From the NCBI GenBank assembly GCA_965248355.1, contig OZ252098.1, positions 4,960,001 through 5,024,000 on the forward strand: a DNA stretch of 64,000 nt. The letters run 5' to 3'. Source of the DNA: Candidatus Latescibacterota bacterium. Its GTDB lineage: Bacteria > Latescibacterota > UBA2968 > UBA8231. Made by a program: the position numbers and the translations under genes. The notes beneath the pieces are model-generated. The model ran no database searches and was not told the origin of the DNA. It saw only the letters and a program-made list of their open reading frames with translations. This document shows, piece after piece, positions 61,034 through 64,000 of this stretch (position 1 is its first letter; every line of letters begins with the position of its first letter).

Positions 61034-61842
61034 TCCACGACACCCTGTTCGAGCTGTTCGGGTTCATCCCGGTCACGGCCGTGTCGATCCTCGACCTCCT
61101 GATCGTGACCCTGATCATCTACCGCCTCCTCACCCTGATTCGCGGCCACCGCGGCGCCCACATGCTCGTCGGGTTGTTCCTGCTCGTCTCCGTGGCCCTG
61201 GCGGCCCGATGGCGGGAGAAGGAGATGATGGCCGTGGCGTGGATGCTGGAGCAGGTGCAGTCGATCCTGCTGATCCTGCTCGTCATCCTGTTTCAGCCCG
61301 AACTGCGCCGGGTCCTCCTGGCCATCGGGCAAAGCCCCTTGCTGAGCTGGTTCTACAAGACCGAACCATCGCGCGTGATCGACGAGGTCGTGAACGGCTC
61401 GGTGCAGCTGGCCGAGCGCGGCTACGGGGCCTTGATCGTTCTCGCCCGGGAGGCGGGCCTGGGCGCGATCATCGAGTCCGGCGCGCCTCTCAACGCCCAG
61501 GTCTCCGCGGACTTGCTCACCGCCATCTTCACCCCCCGTTCGCCCCTGCACGACCAGGCCGTGGTCATCCAGGGGGAGTCGCTGATCGCGGCGCGCTGCA
61601 CCCTGCCCCTGGCCGAAGAGGTGGAGGACCAGCGTCTCGGGACGCGCCACCGCGCCGCCCTCGGCCTGTCGCAGGAGACGGACGCGGTGACCATCGTCGT
61701 CTCCGAGGAGACCCGGGCGATCTCGATCACCGTCGGCGGCGGCTTCGTGCGCGGCCTCGACGGCCCCGAGTTGAAGCAGCGGCTGTCGGAGCTCCTGTCT
61801 CCGCGGGAGACCGCCCGGAAGCGGCGCTCCCCAGAGGATTGA
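61030..61842 (+). CDS. cdaA: Diadenylate cyclase CdaA/DacA (DGA motif altered to DQA)
   Basis: Three TM helices; ILFQPELRR, GALIV, PLHDQAV, GTRHRAA and VSEET motifs. Confidence 0.88.
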   Translation: MIHDTLFELFGFIPVTAVSILDLLIVTLIIYRLLTLIRGHRGAHMLVGLFLLVSVALAARWREKEMMAVAWMLEQVQSILLILLVILFQPELRRVLLAIGQSPLLSWFYKTEPSRVIDEVVNGSVQLAERGYGALIVLAREAGLGAIIESGAPLNAQVSADLLTAIFTPRSPLHDQAVVIQGESLIAARCTLPLAEEVEDQRLGTRHRAALGLSQETDAVTIVVSEETRAISITVGGGFVRGLDGPELKQRLSELLSPRETARKRRSPED

Positions 61843-61902
61843 CAGTTCGGGGAAGCGGCGTATATTGAATAGTTATTCCAAAAAACGGAATAGTTATTGG
61901 AG
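61839..61902 (+). promoter_or_regulatory. arg operon promoter (TTGACA-N16-TATATT) with two tandem ARG boxes
   Basis: ATTGAATAGTTATTCCAA (61864-61881) and ACGGAATAGTTATTGGAG (61885-61902), separated by 3 bp, directly upstream of argR. Confidence 0.8.
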
Positions 61903-61904
61903 CC

Positions 61905-62378
61905 GTGAATATCAGGAGAGTCCGCCAGGCAACGATCCGGGAGCTGCTGCAGGCCGAGCGGATCGACACCCACGAGCGGCTTGCGGAGGCGCTGAGCCGC
62001 CGGGGCATCGAGGTCAGCCAGTCCACCCTCTCCAAGGACCTGCGCGAGCTCGGCGTCGTCCGCGTGCCTCGAGCCGGCGGCGGATTCCGCTATTCCCTGC
62101 CGGAGCCCAGGGGAGCCTGCAACGACCGCGGCGCCTTCGAACGCGAGTTGCGCGACTACGTGACCGGAGTCGACCGGGCCGGCAACATGACGGTCATCAA
62201 GACGCTCTCCGGGCATGCGCAGGCCGTGTGCGAGGCTGTCGATCGACTGGAGTGGACCGAGGTGATGGGAACCCTGGCCGGCGAGAACACGATCTTCGTC
62301 CTGTCCCGGAACGCCGCCGAGGCGTGCGCCGTGGCTCAGCGGGTCACCGGCCTCGGCGGCCGGGCCGGAGCCGGGTAG
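61905..62378 (+). CDS. argR: Arginine repressor
   Basis: SQSTLSKDLRELG HTH, VIKT..G.A and GTLAGENT motifs. Confidence 0.93.
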   Translation: MNIRRVRQATIRELLQAERIDTHERLAEALSRRGIEVSQSTLSKDLRELGVVRVPRAGGGFRYSLPEPRGACNDRGAFERELRDYVTGVDRAGNMTVIKTLSGHAQAVCEAVDRLEWTEVMGTLAGENTIFVLSRNAAEACAVAQRVTGLGGRAGAG

Positions 62379-62386
62379 ACTCGCCC

Positions 62387-63262
62387 ATGGAGCAGAGCTA
62401 CATCGACAAGGCGTCGACCCTGGCGGAGGCCCTTCCGTACATCCAGTCCTTCCGCGGCAAGACCGTGGTCGTCAAGTACGGCGGCAGCACCCTGGCACCC
62501 GAAGGGGGGGCCGACACCGTCCTGCGGGACCTCGTGTTCATGGAGCACGTGGGCATCAACCCGGTGATCGTCCACGGCGGGGGCCCGGCCATCGACCGGC
62601 GCCTTCGCGAGCGCAAGGTGGAGAGCCGGCGGGTCAACGGCCTGCGCATCACCGACCGGGAGACGATGCAGGTGGTCGAGGAGGTCCTGTCGGGGGAGAT
62701 CAACACGGGACTCGTGGGAGAGATCGGATCCCACGGGGGGCGTGGGCGCGGCCTCTCGGCCCGGGAGGCCGGCGTGCTGCACGTGCGTCCTCACGTGGCG
62801 CAGACGCCGGAAGGCCCCGTCGATCTCGGGTTCGTGGGCGACGTGGTCCGCGTCGATCCGGCGCCGCTGCTGGAGCTGATCGATGACGAGATCATCCCCG
62901 TGGTCGCTCCCATCGGGCGGGGGGAGAACGGCGAGGCCTACAACGTCAACGCCGACACGGCGGCGGGAGAGCTCGCCGCGGCCCTGCAGGCGGAGAAGCT
63001 CGTCTTTCTCACCGACGTCACGGGGATCCTCGCGGACCCCGCGGACGAGTCGAGCCTGATGTCCACCGTGCAGGTGGACCAGGTCCAGGCCCTGATCGAT
63101 TCCGGGGTGATCCAGGGGGGGATGATCCCCAAGGCGCTCGCCGGAGTGCGGTCGGTTCGAGCAGGCGTGCGCAAGACCCATATCGTGGACGGACGCATCC
63201 CGCACTCCCTGCTCCTCGAGTTCTTCACCGACGAGGGCGTGGGCTCGCAGATCGTGCGTTAG
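62387..63262 (+). CDS. argB: Acetylglutamate kinase
   Basis: EALPYI, VKYGG, VHGGG, NVNADT and GGMIPK motifs. Confidence 0.96.
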   Translation: MEQSYIDKASTLAEALPYIQSFRGKTVVVKYGGSTLAPEGGADTVLRDLVFMEHVGINPVIVHGGGPAIDRRLRERKVESRRVNGLRITDRETMQVVEEVLSGEINTGLVGEIGSHGGRGRGLSAREAGVLHVRPHVAQTPEGPVDLGFVGDVVRVDPAPLLELIDDEIIPVVAPIGRGENGEAYNVNADTAAGELAAALQAEKLVFLTDVTGILADPADESSLMSTVQVDQVQALIDSGVIQGGMIPKALAGVRSVRAGVRKTHIVDGRIPHSLLLEFFTDEGVGSQIVR

Positions 63263-63281
63263 CGGAGAGAGCGAAACAAAG

Positions 63282-64000
63282 ATGACGATGAAGACCGACA
63301 GCCTCATCAAGCAGGAGCAACGGTACATCCTGCAGACCTACGGCCGGCCCGATTTCGTCCTGGAGCGCGGCAACGGCCTCTACCTCTTCGACCTCGACGG
63401 CAACCGCTACCTCGACTTCGTCAGCGGCCTGGCCGTCAACGCCCTCGGTTACGGCGACTACGATGTGCTCAAGGCGATCGAGGAGCAGTCGGCGCAGCTG
63501 ATGCACGTCTCCAACCTCTACCACACGGTGCCCTCCACCCGGCTGGCCAAGACCCTGGTGGAGAGCTCCTTCGCCGACCGCGTGTTCTTCTGCAACAGCG
63601 GCACCGAGGCCTGGGAGGCGGCCCTCAAGTTCTGCCGCAAGTGGGGCCATGCCGCCGCCGGCGGGCGCTACAAGTTCGTCGCCTTCCACAACTCCTTCCA
63701 CGGGCGCACCCTCGGGTCCCTCTCCACCACCGGACAGCCCCGGTACCACGAGGGCTTCGGGCCGCTCCTCCCCGGCGTCGAGTTCGCCCGCTTCAACGAT
63801 CTGCCGTCGGTGGAGGCCCTCGTCGACGACGAGACCTGCGCCGTCCTCGTCGAGCCGATCCAGGGCGAAGGCGGCGTCCACGTGGCCACCGATGCCTTCC
63901 TGCAGGGCCTGCGGGAGTTGTGCGACGACCGCGGCCTCCTGCTCGTCTTCGACGAGATCCAGGCCGGCATGGGCCGGACGGGCTCCCTGTGGGCCTACCA
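63282..64000 (+). CDS. argD: Acetylornithine aminotransferase (partial, runs off window)
   Basis: Manual translation gives YLDFVSGLAVNALG, FCNSGTEA, SFHGRT, EPIQGEGG and FDEIQAGMGRTG. Confidence 0.92.
   Translation, partial: MTMKTDSLIKQEQRYILQTYGRPDFVLERGNGLYLFDLDGNRYLDFVSGLAVNALGYGDYDVLKAIEEQSAQLMHVSNLYHTVPSTRLAKTLVESSFADRVFFCNSGTEAWEAALKFCRKWGHAAAGGRYKFVAFHNSFHGRTLGSLSTTGQPRYHEGFGPLLPGVEFARFNDLPSVEALVDDETCAVLVEPIQGEGGVHVATDAFLQGLRELCDDRGLLLVFDEIQAGMGRTGSLWAY

Overview
High-GC bacterial chromosome segment, probably from an FCB-group lineage such as Latescibacterota. The taxonomy is inferred from T9SS-type PorU/PorV/CTD genes and gene order, not proven. Left to right: (1) a catabolic cluster (CBM9/DOMON-like, PhyH dioxygenase, two amidohydrolases, HpcH aldolase, transaldolase-like) with an AlbA_2 protein; (2) a small accessory block: basic 2-repeat protein, membrane protein frameshifted by an 11-bp duplication, and a coiled-coil/beta-CASP nuclease fusion; (3) a selenium island: senB-senA diverging from a selD with an in-frame UGA plus SECIS-like hairpin, a PhnCDE-like ABC transporter and egtD; (4) comF-pfk-pgk-tpiA-secG-tRNA-Leu and rpmB; (5) a type IX secretion locus: porU with Ser at the catalytic Cys position, porV, a degenerate M6/FG-GAP/CTD protein with a +1 frameshift, a peptidase-TolB-Omp85 protein and CTD cargo; (6) folK-folB-purD-era-porV-like-glycerate kinase-lexA; (7) a 1,973-aa FN3 lipoprotein with six identical, strongly G+T-skewed 612-bp repeats; (8) tilS-ftsH-folP-cdaA and argR-argB-argD with tandem ARG boxes. 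No CRISPR array, rRNA or transposase was seen. All family calls come from motif recognition by eye, without database searches.
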